Positions 46,801 to 60,154 of a stretch of DNA of 64,000 nucleotides are shown piece after piece (position 1 is the stretch's first letter; each line of letters begins with the position of its first letter). A program made the position numbers and the translations under genes. The stretch is from Vicugna vicugna. Taxonomy: Eukaryota. The stretch lies in contig MU061748.1 of NCBI GenBank assembly GCA_013265495.1, forward strand, positions 24,586,103 to 24,650,102. The letters run 5' to 3'. The notes under the pieces were generated by a model. It ran no database searches and was not told the DNA's origin. It saw nothing but the letters and a program-made list of their open reading frames with translations.

Positions 46801-49620
46801 GTTAATAGCATTATATGGAGATAAGGCAAGCATTCCTTGGCTTTCTTGCCAAAAGTAAAGTTTCAAGCAGACCAATGAAGAGATAATTCTTAAGAACGAA
46901 GTAATCTGGGCAAGCAGAGGGAGTCTGAAGATAAACGAGGGACAAGCGGTAAGAACACAAGAGAAACATTAAACATTTTTTTCACAGAATCTTCTAGAAT
47001 TGTTGAAGGATATACTTCAGAGGTTGGTTTCCATAAATCACTGATTTATTTAAATAAGGGTGTATCTTCTAAAAGGGAAATCCACCCTCAACTGAATTTT
47101 AAGGAATATATAATTTTGTTTTTATGTTGGAAAAGCAAAAATGCACTTTTTAAAATAAAAAGCTGATAAAATTGTCATCTTATTTAGTAATTTAAATCAT
47201 GGTTTAAATGGACTTGATTAAAATAACATCTGCTTTGGTCATAAGTACTCTCAAAGGCCTGAGAAGGAAGGTCTGATTTTCATGTACCCTGCGTGGCCTT
47301 TGTCTAGCATGATGAAGGGATTTTAGCGCCTGCCTTGAGAGAGGCCCCTGTCATATCTGTAGTTTCAGTGAGACCAGGAATTCCTGTATTGCTACTACAA
47401 CTGTTTGCAGGGTTTAGATGGCTGCCTTCTGGCCACACATGTGGCCAAAATACTACTGTCTATTTGATAGACACAGAGCCACCTCAAAGAAAATTGTCAT
47501 TCAGAAAGAAAAGTAAATTTAAAAATTACCACCTGCTTTAAAGTTGTTTCCTTTTTCTCAGTGAATTCCTTGAACTGTGTTAGTCTGTAAATGTGGAATG
47601 TACTTAGAAGCTACTCCATTTTTCAGTCTTTCTTTTGTTTTAATAAGTCCCAAGAGAAGTAATAAAAAATATCCTAGATTCTTATTGTGGGGCAGATGGT
47701 CTTGTGAAACAGTCTGGTTCTAAACGGTGAAGGGTTCAAAATTCAAGACTGCGTTAGGAACCAAGCTTTAAATCTGTGTGCACGTGATTCCCGCGCAGCT
47801 GGTTGAGAGAAGGAAAAATTAATGCTTGTAAGATTTTTCTTTAGTGGAGGGAATAGGATTTCCAGGGGTCAGGAGATCAGCAAGGCTTATCTGGGATGTG
47901 CGAAGGCTTGTGAATGCTGGTCACTGGGAAGGCATGAGGATGTGTCTCCAGTGGGAGCATGGGGGGGCGTTGGTGTTGGGGTGCACTGCTTCGCTGCCTA
48001 CGCTGGTTGCTATGAGAAGAGAGAAAGGCAGGGAGGGAAGAACAGCGTGAGCAGGACTCACTGCCGTCTGTGGAAGCCACTGCCTCCTGAATGGAGGGGA
48101 GGGCTCACCAAGTGCTTGTGGGCCCTTTAGGCCCTCTCTGATACGCGCACCTAGAGCTGCCAGCCCCAGGATCAGTAGGATGCCCAGTTAGCTTCCATTC
48201 TCCCTGCCCCTTGCCCCAACCCCACATGTAGACTGCCCCATTCTACTGGTGACCGGGCATTGGGACGGACCAGCCTCTGCTTCACTGAGTAAAGGAAAAG
48301 ACCAGGCTTCACACAGCCTGCTTTCCTGGTGACTGGGGATCAAAAACAGGGAATGGCTTTGGGTTGGGTTAGGAGAGGGTTGTATGTGTTTAGGAGCAAG
48401 GAGCTTGCGCAGAGTTGTGTTTGATGGAAGAGCAAAAACGTTTTTAGTCCCAGACCAAAAACAGTTGTTATACATCACCCATAATAATGGACCAACTTTC
48501 TTTCACATCAATCTCTGGATTGTAAAACTACATGCTACTGTTGTCCGAGAAGGAAAAAACATGCCCTCTGCCAATTCAAACTTCCAAGAGAGTAAAATAG
48601 CCTCGTTCTAGCTACTATAAACTCAGGCAGGTCTCCGTGGCAGTTGGAAGAACTACAGATAACACTGTAACGTCGTGATTCAAGGAAAGAGTTGAAAAAT
48701 TGAGGATAGATTGTTTAGTCCTGGACACAGAACAGTTAATTCATTCTTTCCTTGAACATTAATGAACTCTGGCAGAGGGGTGGGCAGCCACTGTTAGGCC
48801 ACATGTCATCTTATTCTGTTGTCCCATTTTACACATGAGGAGAATGAAGCTCAACAGAAGTGAAATGATTTACCCAAGGACTAGAATCTAGGAAGTAGCA
48901 AGATCTAAAACAGGTCTCAGACCTGGCACGCCCTTCCCTCTTCACTGCAGGGTGGATGCACTCTTGTACTGAAGCTTAGCGGAGCAGATGACAGTGGGTC
49001 ATGAGCAGCCTTATGGCACTGAACTGAGGATTTTATACACACCTTTCATTTTCTGTTCACTGAACTGAGAAGGACTTTCTTCCTGATGTAGGTTTTCAAA
49101 TAGTAATGATGTTTTTATCAAGGAGACATCAGAAACCTCAAAGGGGAGCCGTCTCTTGAAACCTGACCTGGCCCCACTAGGTGGTCCCCTCAGTGACAGC
49201 CTGGGAAAGACTTTCAGAAATGGGGTTCTGCGTGGAGTCTGGGGAGGCCTTTGGGACCCTCATTCTCTTTCCATGGCCAGTTCCTCGGCTCGGGGATCAT
49301 TTTATTGTATTCCTCATCTCAGTGGCATTCATCAGTCTCCCCAAGCTGGATGTCACCAGGCGAGGTGGGGAGAAACGCTGCTCACATTACAATAGAGTCA
49401 GGATGAGCTCCCACCTCCTCCTGAGGCTCCCTCCTGTGGCCCTGAGTGCTGCATCATCCTGATGGCAAACAGGCCTGCTGGGCGGAGGTGGGAATCATTT
49501 GGTTGTCTGCCTTGCATAGACTTACTGTCCGCTGACTTTGTGTGTGAAGGAGAGATTATTAGTAAAATATGTGTGACAAATGGTTTAAAAGATGCTTATG
49601 TCACTGCCCCAAACACTTTT

Positions 49621-49703
49621 TTTTTTAAATGGAGGTACTGGGGTTTGAACCCAGGACCTCGTGCATGCTAAGCACACACTCTACCACTGAGTTATAGCCC
49701 CCA
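49621..49703 (-). mobile_element. tRNA-Ala(AGC)-derived SINE / retroposed tRNA copy (short form)
   Basis: Perfect 15-bp TSD GCCCCAAACACTTTT (49606-49620 and 49704-49718), followed by AA; A-rich tail. Confidence 0.9.
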
Positions 49704-49858
49704 GCCCCAAACACTTTTAAAAGCAGAGCTGCACTTGTTCTGAGGCTGGTATGGAATAGTCCATACAAACACACAAACATTCAAGCTTTTCCCTTAAAGA
49801 AGGTTATTACTGCCCATTTTTGGCCAACAACAAAATTCTATTTAAACAGAAAACCTTC

Positions 49859-50322
49859 CGTAATAGGTTGCTGTGGCTGTCGTTAACAGATGACCACAAA
49901 CTTGGTGTCTTAAAACAACAGAGATTTATTCTCTCATGGTTTTAGAGTCAGGATCCAATGTCAAGATGTCACCAGGAATGCATTCCCTGCAGAGGCCTTG
50001 GGGGAAATCTGTTGCTTGCATCATCTCTTTCAGGTTTTGGTGACCACAGGTGTTCCTTGACTTGTGGCCGCATCACTCCAATCCCTGCCACCACTTTCGT
50101 GTTACCTTCTCCCTGTGTCTCTATCCAGTCTCCCTCTGCACTGCTCTTCGAAGGATACCTGTGATGGCTCTTAGAACCCCCAGGTCATCTAGGATTAGCT
50201 CCTCCTCTAGAGGTCCTTAACTTGATGACATCACAGCATGCCTTGTAAAGTAATCTTCACCGATTGCAGGGATTAGGAAGGGACTGTTTTAGGAAGGTGT
50301 GGACAATTTTCTGCCTCCCACA
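49859..50322 (-). mobile_element. MaLR solo LTR (MLT1C-like)
   Basis: GTTGCTGTGGCTGTCGTTAACAGATGACCACAAACTTGGTGTCTTAAAACAACAG...TTCTGCCTCCCACA; TSD CCTTC/TCTTC. Confidence 0.85.
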
Positions 50323-53300
50323 TCTTCTCTCTGGGAATTTCTGTATTTTTCATTTCCTGAAACATAAAGCCTGTGCCCATTTATCTCATAGGTTACTTTA
50401 GTGAATTTAATTTTCCTAGATGATGCCACTTGGACCACCTAGGAACCAACCTTGTCTTCTAGGCCTCCCAATAGGCAAGGCCGTTTCAGACTGGGGTGAA
50501 GTAAGGATGAAGAATTCTGGGCTCTAGGCGTGGGGAGGGGCCTGTGAAAGCAGATCCTCCCGTGTGAGGGGGAAATAGGCTAGAGAGGCAGGGTCAGCGA
50601 GTCAGGAAGGGAGACTTGTGCCCCAGCCCCTCCTCTGCAGACCCCCAAGCTGTTTCTTGTAGTGTATAAGTCTCTAGGCTTTTCTTCATGTGAGAGCTCT
50701 TCAGCACCTGACACCCCATCCCTGCAAATCCTCCTTTCCTAGACCAACAGCCCTGGTTCTTAGAAATATTCTCTTGTTACCTGATGTCAGGAATTCTGGC
50801 TTTCTGGTTACTTCCTCCTGGAGGCATTCCCTTGATGCCATTGTCTCTTTAAGAGCATGGCAGTCAGACATGAGCAATACTTCAGAGATGGCTCTGCCAG
50901 TGTCGAGTAAGGACTCTACACCTAAGACGATTAGGTCTTGTGAAAGGCATGTGTTTTCTGTATCATTAAATGTTTATACCAGTGCATCTCTGATTCAGCT
51001 GCTCTCTCACCTGCAGGTTGCACTGGGCTTGTATTCAATAAAAATCCTTAAGACTTTAAGATAGGAGTTGCTTTAAACCCATCCCCTTTGCCCCTGTCAC
51101 ATAGAAGAGCTGAGTTTCTTGTCAGTAGCAGGATGGGATCAGCCTGGGATCCAGAATACAGTCCAGGCAGGAATCCAGAGAACAGACAGATCCGTGGGCT
51201 GGGGCACGTGCATGGGGACACACGAGCAGCAGGCTGTAACCGGAGACAGTGAGGACAACTGGTAAGGAAGGCATTGCGCTGGGGAAATCCTTCCGTAGGG
51301 GTCAGTCTAGGTGGACAGATGTTTGGCAGCAGAACTGTCTGGCTGAGCAGGTCAAGGGCCAGATGTAGAAGAGCTGGGTGCAGAGGAATCAGTTACAGGA
51401 TCAACCGCAGAAAGAGGGTGGGGCCCAGGACGGGAGCCTGAGCCCAGAGAGTGAAAGGAAAACCCTGATCTGAAGGCAGCGTCATAACATTGATGAGTCT
51501 GTGTCAATGGCCTGGAGCCTCTCCCACCCAGAACCTGGTCAGGGTCATTGGCAGAACTTGTGAACAGGGGTGAGTTGTCCCAGCTGAGCAGACTGGAGGG
51601 TACAGGGCAGGGGCTGGCATCATCCTACATTTATGCAGTAGATGTTTTTACAATTGAAAATAGGATTTTATCTGTTAATTTTGGAGGGTTGTTGTTTTGA
51701 TCAGTTCTAGTGGTCATTCCAGCCTATTGAATTCCATTCAAATGTCCATTCTTTCTTTACATTAATTACTATTCCCTTTCAGCTGTGAGTTATTTGTGAT
51801 TTCCATAAGCACGTCTTGATGAAAACATCCTTAACCAAGGATGATGAACCTCCCAAGCCCTGCTGTGTGTGGACGTCTCTCCAAGTCAGTGTGGCTGCCC
51901 TGTGATGTTCGTGCCCTCAGGTGTGGCCAGTCAGTCAACTCTGAGTTCACCAAACCCGATTGTCCCTTGGCCCAAGGTTTCCTGTCTTGTTCAGCTATAT
52001 TTGGAGTGTCCAGAGCTTTGCTGACATCAGGGTACTCTGTGTCTGTAATCACTCACTCCGACAGTCCTGTGGAAGCGCTGTGAGACGGCCCCTCGGCTTG
52101 CTCAGCCAGACGGGGAGGGAAAGTTGGTAGAGTACTTGGTTATTCGCTGCTTTGAGAGGAGAGGTACCCGTCTGTTTCCACTGATGTCGGTGAGTTTCAG
52201 TCCTGAGCTGCACTTCCTGTAGCACACTTGTGGGCCTGAGCCCGTGGGTGATTTTGAACTCAGGACTAGAACCCCGTATTCAGATGTGCAGCCCTAATCT
52301 CTGTGTTAGGGGCTCACCTCTACTGAAGACTGATCCTCCTTTGTGGGTTACATGTGGTCTGTGGAGGGCAGCCCCCACTGTCGGGGGAACATGGCTGCTT
52401 CTCGGAAGATATAGGGGTGTTCAGAAAGTTGTGAAATATGCCACTGCTGCATAGAGCCAGAGTGTAAAGTGAGGGAAAGGAAGTGGGATGCTGTGGGGAT
52501 CATTTCTTTTAACAGAAGGAGGGATGAAACAGTGCACCTCTTTGCCTCATCCTTCCAAGTAAGATACCAAGAAAAAGTGAGATGGTTCCAGGGTGGAGGC
52601 TGAGGCAGTGTGGAGTGGTGGAAGGAGTGTGTGGCCCCCGGGGCCTCAGTAAGTCCCCACTGTGTGTCTGAAGAGCTGCGGGATGTTGACTGTGAGAGAA
52701 GCAGATAGTCATCGTGTGTAACTGTGGCTTGAAACTGGTGAGTGTCTGAAGGGGAGGTACAGGGTATTGTGAAATTGACACAGAGACAAGAGGGTCCTGA
52801 CTGGGAGTCAAATGAAGAGAGGCTGAAGAAGGGAGGGCTTCGTAATCATTGACCAGTCTCTATTTGTTATTCCCTCTTTCTTTGGGGAATACTGGCCAAG
52901 GATTGAATGACCCCCAAGTGTGATGTGGAGTTGATTCATACCCAGAGTAACAGAATGGGCCAGGGGAAGTCTCCTTCCCACCACATTATTTTTTCTCTTG
53001 CTCCCTAAGATTTAATGCTACAGTAATTTGAAACAGAAAAAGTAAACTTCTGTGTTGGGGGCACAGTGGAGATTTTGTCCATCTTTAGAAGAATGTTCTG
53101 AAAAGTAGTCCTCTGAGACTGGAGGTGGTGGAAACAGTAGTTTAAAAAACAAAGTTCAACCTTTGCCTACTAGGCTGTTGTCAGGTGGGGGAAAACTATT
53201 TTTACCTTTACCAGAGAGCTTGACCCGTGCATCAGGATGCATGCAAAGTTACAGAGCACAATGCTTAGGTCACATGCAAGATGCTTATAGCAGAAAAAGT

Positions 53301-53354
53301 GTATTTTAAGTTGGGGGAAAGTTTGAACAGCCCTTAGGTGCTGAAGGTGAAGTA

Positions 53355-53504
53355 GGGGAGGATGTAACTCAGTGGCAGAGAGTGTGCTTAGCATACACAA
53401 GGTCCTGGGTTCAATCCCCAGTACTGCCATTAAAAAATAAATAAATAAAAAAGCTAATTACCTCCACCCCCAAAATAAATAAAAATGTGAAATTATTGAA
53501 AAAA
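53355..53504 (+). mobile_element. Camelid tRNA-Ala-derived SINE (Vic-1 type, long form)
   Basis: GGGGAGGATGTAACTCAGTGGCAGAG...GGTTCAATCCCCAGTAC; TSD GAAGGTGAAGTA (53343-53354) / GAAAGTGAAGTA (53505-53516). Confidence 0.9.
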
Positions 53505-53829
53505 GAAAGTGAAGTAACTTATAAAACCTAGTTTTGAAGTTTGGGCATTACAGTCATCCTGAGTGAAGTTTTAGGTGTAGAGGAGGCCTCTTCAGTGTAG
53601 TGTCAGGAGTCCTTTTTTTCCCTTGGCCCATGAACTGGTAGAACTAGACAATTCTGACGGCTACCATCATGTTTACTCTATTTTCTCGTATTTGGTATTA
53701 ATAAATATTGGCTCCTAGCCAACTAAATAACTTTTTCTTCATTCTATTTTTATAATGGCCCAGAGGAAAATATAATTAGGCTTCTGTGTTTTCTGGACGG
53801 TTAATAAAACAGCACTAAGACACTGTCTG

Positions 53830-54048
53830 CAGTTGACCATTGAACAACATGGGTTTGAATGGGGAGGTCCACTCATATGCCATTTTTTTCAGTAAATACT
53901 GTGGTGGTACACGATCTGCAGTTGGTTGAATCCGCAGATGCAGAACCAAGGATAGGGAGGGCCAGCCGTAAAGGTACGTGGAGATTTTTGGCTGCACAGA
54001 GGGTCAGCACCCCAACCTCCCTTCCCCGTGCTGTTCAAGGGTCAGCTA
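53830..54048 (+). mobile_element. Tigger2-family MITE (Tc1/mariner-pogo)
   Basis: TIRs CAGTTGACCATTGAACAAC ... GCTGTTCAAGGGTCAGCTA; TA on the right flank. Confidence 0.8.
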
Positions 54049-54184
54049 TAATGTTTTTTGAAGGAAAAAGTAAAAAGCTTCAGAAAAAAATCATTTCAGA
54101 GCCAACAGAGTAAGATGTGTCAAGGCAGGAAAAAGCGTTTGTTTTTTGTTTTCAAGGTTTTGTTTTGTTTTGTTTTGTCTTGTT

Positions 54185-54895
54185 TTGAATAGACTTTATC
54201 TTTTAGAGCAGTTTTAGGTTCACAGCAAAATTGAGGGGAAGGTACAGAAATCTCTCACGAACCTTCTGCCCCCACACGTGTATGGCCTCCCCTGTTATTA
54301 ACATCTCTGACCAGAGTGGTACATTTGTTACAACCAATGAACCTACCTGTGCACATCATTATCGTCCAAAGTCCACCGTTAACATTAGGATTCACTCTTG
54401 GTGTTGTCCATTCTATAGGTTTGGACAAGTGTATAATGACATACGTCCACCATGTAAGTATTATACAGAGTGCTTTCACCGCCTTAAAAATCTTCAGTGC
54501 TCTGCCTATTCATGCTTGTCTCATCCCTAAACTTTAGCAACCAGTGATCTTTCTGCTGTCTTTATAGTTTTGCCTTTTCCAGAATATCGTGTAGTGGGTA
54601 TCATATACTATGTAGCCCTATCAGATTNNNNNNNNNNNNNNNNNNNNNNNNNNNNNNNNNNNNNNNNNNNNNNNNNNNNNNNNNNNNNNNNNNNNNNNNN
54701 NNNNNNNNNNNNNNNNNNNNNNNNNNNNNNNNNNNNNNNNNNNNNNNNNNNNNNNNNNNNNNNNNNNNNNNNNNNNNNNNNNNNNNNNNNNNNNNNNNNN
54801 NNNNNNNNNNNNNNNNNNNNNNNNNNNNNAGGCTTTTGTGTGGACTAAGTTTCTTCTCCTTTGGGCAAATACCAAGGAGCACGATTAAAACCACT
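54185..54895 (-). mobile_element. L1MA/MB-type 3' end (contains an N gap)
   Basis: GACTTTATCTTTTAGAGCAGTTTTAGGTTCACAGCAAAATTGAGGGGAAGGTACAGA; preceded by (TTTTG)n. Confidence 0.85.
54628..54829. other. Assembly gap (202 N)
   Basis: N run inside L1. Confidence 1.
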
Positions 54896-55188
54896 TCCTT
54901 TTTGTTGGAAATATAGAAATTGTTTATTTTCTTTCAGAGGGGAAGGGTAGAGCCCAAGTCAGCACATGCCATAGGCCTGTCTGCATGTAAATGTTTAGGC
55001 AGCTGTCATCTCACTGATGCTTTGCCCATGAACATCCATTGCTGTGTCTCGGCTCAAATTTGAGGTGGTGAACAATAGATTTTTGCGTTTTCTTGTCTAT
55101 CACCGTATCCCTTGGTCCTGTGATCACTGAGAGCTTTCTTCACTCAAATTGAAGGAATTGAACAACTTGGGTGCTTTTCTCCAAAGGC

Positions 55189-55191
<3 letters not shown>

Positions 55192-55227
<36 letters not shown>

Positions 55228-55247
55228 CTTTCTTTCTTTCTTTCTTT
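55192..55247. repeat. Poly(T) run plus (CTTT)n
   Basis: Seen directly. Confidence 0.9.
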
Positions 55248-56599
55248 CCCACAACCATGTTCCTGCATCAGGTTCTTGTCACCTCTCACTTTGGAGTCAC
55301 CTTCCCTGGCCTTGTGTTTCAAATGTGTCTTTCAGCTTCTCTGTTCATGGCTGAACTCAGACTTCTCTGTTGAAGCCAAACACTTATCCTGGCCCCCCAC
55401 CTGTGACACGCATCCTGCTCCTCGCAGGGCTGAGTGTAGCATTCTGCACAGTATCTACCACCTCTGCATAAACCTTTCCTTAATTTTCTTGTCCTTTCTT
55501 TTTCATAATCATTCTTTACTTTAGTATGTCTTCTATGATCAAATGAAAATAGGCCCATTAAAGTTAAAATGGGGATGTTCTGTTCTGTTTTCATATTATG
55601 ATGCAGATGGTATGAAACATTTTTGAAGAAAATCAAATTACCCAGACTCAGATCTCCAGGACAGTGGCTACAATTTATGTAATTTTTCCACAAGAAGTCT
55701 ACTAAATTTGGGAGACAACTGAAGTTAAAAAAAAATTATTTAACAAATCCATTTGCTTTTGAAGGAGTTTCTTTATCAGTTTTATTTTCTGAGTAGGAAA
55801 TAGAAGCTTTTAAAATAAACATTCCTGAAATACAGTAAATCCAATAAGAACTCTTATTTTGTCTCAGTTAAGGCCAAGGTGCCAAGATCAGGATTCCTGA
55901 GGGAGTCTAACTGAGGTTAGAGCTGAAAAGTAATCTCAGAGTTTACTCTTAAAAGAGGAGAAAGAAGGATGAAGAATTGTGCCGATGTTGGGAGCCTGAG
56001 TGTCTGAGACAAGTGTGGAACTGAAACTATTTTACAGGAAGTAGGAAAGGATGGTTTGGGGAGGCCAGGCTGGGCAGGAGTAATGGGATGCAGTACACAT
56101 GACAAGCCTCCCAGGAGCAGCAGGAGACACTGCAGTGGGGTCGGGCGCGGATGATCCAGGCCAGCATTGCTGCCTACAGCTCCTTGGTGTGACTTAGCAA
56201 AAGACCGTCACACTCTGAGTGGCATTTCAGGTCTCCTTGCAACGCAGTTAGCACCACCTTCTGAGTGAGAAGTCACCCTAGCGTTTACCTTCCCATCAGC
56301 AGTGGCCTGAATAAATGCTCCCGTTGGTCCATGTAGGGAACAAAGACCGTCATGTTGGGTCCTCAGTGGTTTTCATGTTTGATTGGAGAAGGGGTCCGAC
56401 AGAGCAAGCACTCAGTCTCAGACAGAGGATCAGGGGTGAGGGCTCTGCAGAGGGTCAGAGCACCAGGAAGGAGACACTGAGGGAGCTGAGTCCAGGGCTC
56501 AGGGTAACATGAAACAATGATGAGGCTGATGTATGCAAAAGAACATATAATCATCAAAGGAGTGTGTGTCAGATACATACGTACATACCTACACAGAGA

Positions 56600-57200
56600 G
56601 GGGACTGGAGGGGAAGAGAGAGAGAAATACAACTCCTGTACCCGCCTTGCAGCTTAAGAACTAGAGTATCTGGTAATCTTCCGGTAATCTGGAAGCCCCT
56701 GTGTGTTCCTTCCTGGCCATACCCCTGTCTTTCAAAGGAACCACAGTTCTGAATTCAGTGTTTGTCACTTCCTGGCTTTTCTGTGTACGTACATTTCCCT
56801 AAGCAATCTGTTAATCAAGTTTTGTTTGCCTCGGAGCTATATATGAATGGTATTCTTGTACCATTTGCTTTTTTCAATTGATTTTTTTTTCAGATTCATC
56901 CTTATTGATGCATGAAGTGGCATGCATGAAATTCATTTATCTTCCCTGCTGTGTGGTCTTGCCTTGTATGAATACACCTCAATTTATTTATCCAGTCTCC
57001 TCTCAATGGACATGTGGGTCATTTCCAATTTTGTACTGTCTTAAACAGTGCCTCTATGAACATTCTTACATGTGCATCCTGCTGCAAACGGTTTCTCTAG
57101 GATAGGTACCAAAGAGAAGAATTTCTGGGTCTTGGAGGATGTGCATCTTCAGCTTTACTGGGTCATACCAAATTGTTTTGCAAAGTGGTTATATTTGGAC
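56600..57200 (-). mobile_element. Old L1 (L1MC/ME-like) 3' fragment
   Basis: GAATACACCTCAATTTATTTATCC...GTGCCTCTATGAACATTCTTACATG...GAATTTCTGGGTC. Confidence 0.7.
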
Positions 57201-58020
57201 ATTCCATTTGGCATTCCCTTGAGTAAACAGATGAACTTTTAAGAGAAGGGAAAGTTGGAAGAAAAGATGAAATGCAGTATTAACTAAATATTGGAGAGGA
57301 AAAGGATGTCACTGGGGTCTGATGAAGTACAACTCCCCGTCAAAGTGTAGGGTAGAGACAGCTGGGGCCATGAAGGGAGAGGTGTAGGTTCTAAACGACC
57401 ACAGTGGGAAGGGTGAAAGGTTGTTTTTCATGGACTGTAGTCACATTGTGATGAGGGAGCAGATTCCGTCTCAGGAGGAATAAAACACCCAGTTCTCTCC
57501 ATTTTCACTCAGTTTTCCCCAGTCAGCAAGAACCTTTAGTTCTGTCTGGGGAACAGATAGATGCTGCCAGGCATGTAAGCATCTGTTTCCACATCAAACT
57601 GATGGTGGTATAGATTTCTGGTAAAGCTTTCAAAACAGATATCCACACAGAGGCACTCAGATATTTTGGAGATTACTTTCCTCCAAACATAGGAGATTTT
57701 TCTGACAGCTATGCTTTGTATTTTATAAATTCAGTAAACTGGCACAGGGTTTGACAGTACTATTTCTGTGACCTCAGAGGGTTAGTTGATGAGAACCCAG
57801 AGCAGCTCTGTGATCGCTCATTCATTTGACCTGAGAAAAATGGGTCTGTGGCGTTTTGAATAGCAAATTAGCTATGAAATATGACACGGTCCTGGGTGAG
57901 CATTTTGGCCTGATTTGTAAATTCTGACCATTCTGATACATTAAGCTGATGGAATTTGTTTTCTTTTCAAATAATTTCCATTCTTCCAAATCTAGCTTTG
58001 AGTGAGGATAACGTCTTTTG

Positions 58021-58160
58021 NNNNNNNNNNNNNNNNNNNNNNNNNNNNNNNNNNNNNNNNNNNNNNNNNNNNNNNNNNNNNNNNNNNNNNNNNNNNNNNN
58101 NNNNNNNNNNNNNNNNNNNNNNNNNNNNNNNNNNNNNNNNNNNNNNNNNNNNNNNNNNNN
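58021..58160. other. Assembly gap (140 N)
   Basis: N run. Confidence 1.
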
Positions 58161-60154
58161 CCAGGCCAGAGAGATCAGTGAGGGTGGCATTTCCAAAATA
58201 ATTTCATCATAGTTTTTCATCACTTGTTGATTGGTATTATCTTTCGATGGTGACATTACATATTTGGGAGAGCAGCATGGTATACTGGAAATAAGACTTG
58301 TGCTGTGCCAAAAAAAAAAAAAAACAACAAACAAACCAGTTTTCCATAACTGAGGTCTCATTATGTAAACTATGACAGGTCTACTCAATGGAACATTTTG
58401 TATTAGTTAAAATGATGATGTAAAAATTGTAAAGTAAGTTGGACAAATGTTTAGTTTGTTAAGTAGAAGAAAAGCAGAATACCAAACTGTCTGTGGAATA
58501 TGATCCTAATTTTGGCAGAAAATGCATGGGTGGGAAAAGCCTACAAAAATTATACCAAAATGCTAGTTGTTGTGTTTGGGTAATGAGATTACAGGGATTT
58601 TCTTCCTAATGTGGTTATATTGCTTTTATAATAAAATCAACTAAAAGGATGGAAAGTGAGATCAATCTGGATTCAAATTGCCATTCTACCATTAACCAAC
58701 TGTTTGACCTTGGTTAAGCCACTTAACTGACTTCCTCAGGAGTTAAGGATGTCATGTTTACCCCGACAGGGCTATAGCCAGTCAAATGAGGTGCTATTCC
58801 TAAGGCCCCCTGGGTAAGTAGCTAGTACAGTTTCCTAGCCTCCTCCCCAGCTTCCCCTTTTCTGGTGAAACAGGCTTCACCCAACACATAACCAACAGCC
58901 ATGAGTGATGCTCTTTTATTGTCTGGTTTCTATTTGGTTCAGTTGTGGCCTTGCTCTGATCTCAGTTAAACACTTTTGACCTCTTGGAACTTCTTTTTTA
59001 GCAGTGACAACTGATGGTTATTTTAGAGAAATGATTGATGAGTAAGAACGTTTGGTCTTTTTGTGACGAGAGGGGATATTTGAAGCACTGGACTTCCTCA
59101 AGTCCTAGAATTTCAGCTGTTCAAATACATGTATTAGATTGACAGAAATATGCTAACTTATTTGAGGACATCCTTGTTAACATCCCTTGGCTAGTATGGC
59201 AGAAACATGTTAGCTGCTTGCTAAACAGGCTGGTGATTTTCTTAGCTTTGCCAGGTTTTTCCAAGAGACAGGTACAAATAATATGTAAGAGAAGAATTCA
59301 GCCAGGATCCCTGGGGACTGTGTATGAGCTCTAAGATGTTAAATGGAGCTTTTTAGACTGTGATGATAGGAACTGATCATGTTCAGCAGTTGATGTAAAT
59401 AGGGCCAGAGTTGCTTCTAGTTTCTGACTTATTTCAGGGTAAGTTTACTGTGGGCAGGGAGAGGAAAATCCAATTCTTAATAATAATAGCTAGCTACAGA
59501 TTGGCTAGGCACTGGAAAATGTAATCCTGCCCAGGGTTAAGGGAACACCCTTAGCAAAGGTTCAAAAAAAGATGTCCGTATTCACATGGTCCCAAGTCAT
59601 CCCGTCTACTTGGACTGAGACTCGGGGTATCTGAGATCTCCCCTAGACTCTTAGACTGACAGTCTGTTAGGGCAGAGTACATTCCTGACCTACTCAAGAT
59701 GAGCATCCAGCTCTCTGAACTCTCTGTTCACTTCCTGTCCAGAATAGCAGACTCGCCCTCTGCCTCTAGCTGCCCTGGTACAAGTCATTGGACAAACTGA
59801 GCCTCATTTTTGTTGTAAGAAGAGAGGTTTAATCTCCAAGGGTCCTACTAGCTCAAAATCCCAAAGATTCAATAATTCCTTTGCATATATATATTTTTTT
59901 AATATGTCAGAGTCTTGAGAAGTACAAGTAATTAAACCATAGAAAATCAACTGTAAATTCTTGTTCCTTAAAGTTTGAGTCTCTGAATCAGGCCCCTGGT
60001 CTTCAGCAGATGGCTTGGTAGGATCAGGGTCTCTCTGCTTAAGGCCACAGTTCCCCCATGGCCCCATCCTCATGGCCCTACAAGGGCAAAAAGTGGCATC
60101 AGGCAAACCAGAGTGCCTTGGCGGGAACTTCCTACAGGCTCTTGTAGCTCTTTA

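Noticed and set aside
49631-49702. Functional tRNA-Ala gene
   Set aside because: The TSD, A tail, acceptor-stem insertion and altered A/B boxes indicate a retroposed copy; annotated as a mobile element instead.
55140-55524. Poly-Phe / poly-Lys ORFs
   Set aside because: Translation of the poly(T)/(CTTT)n tract.
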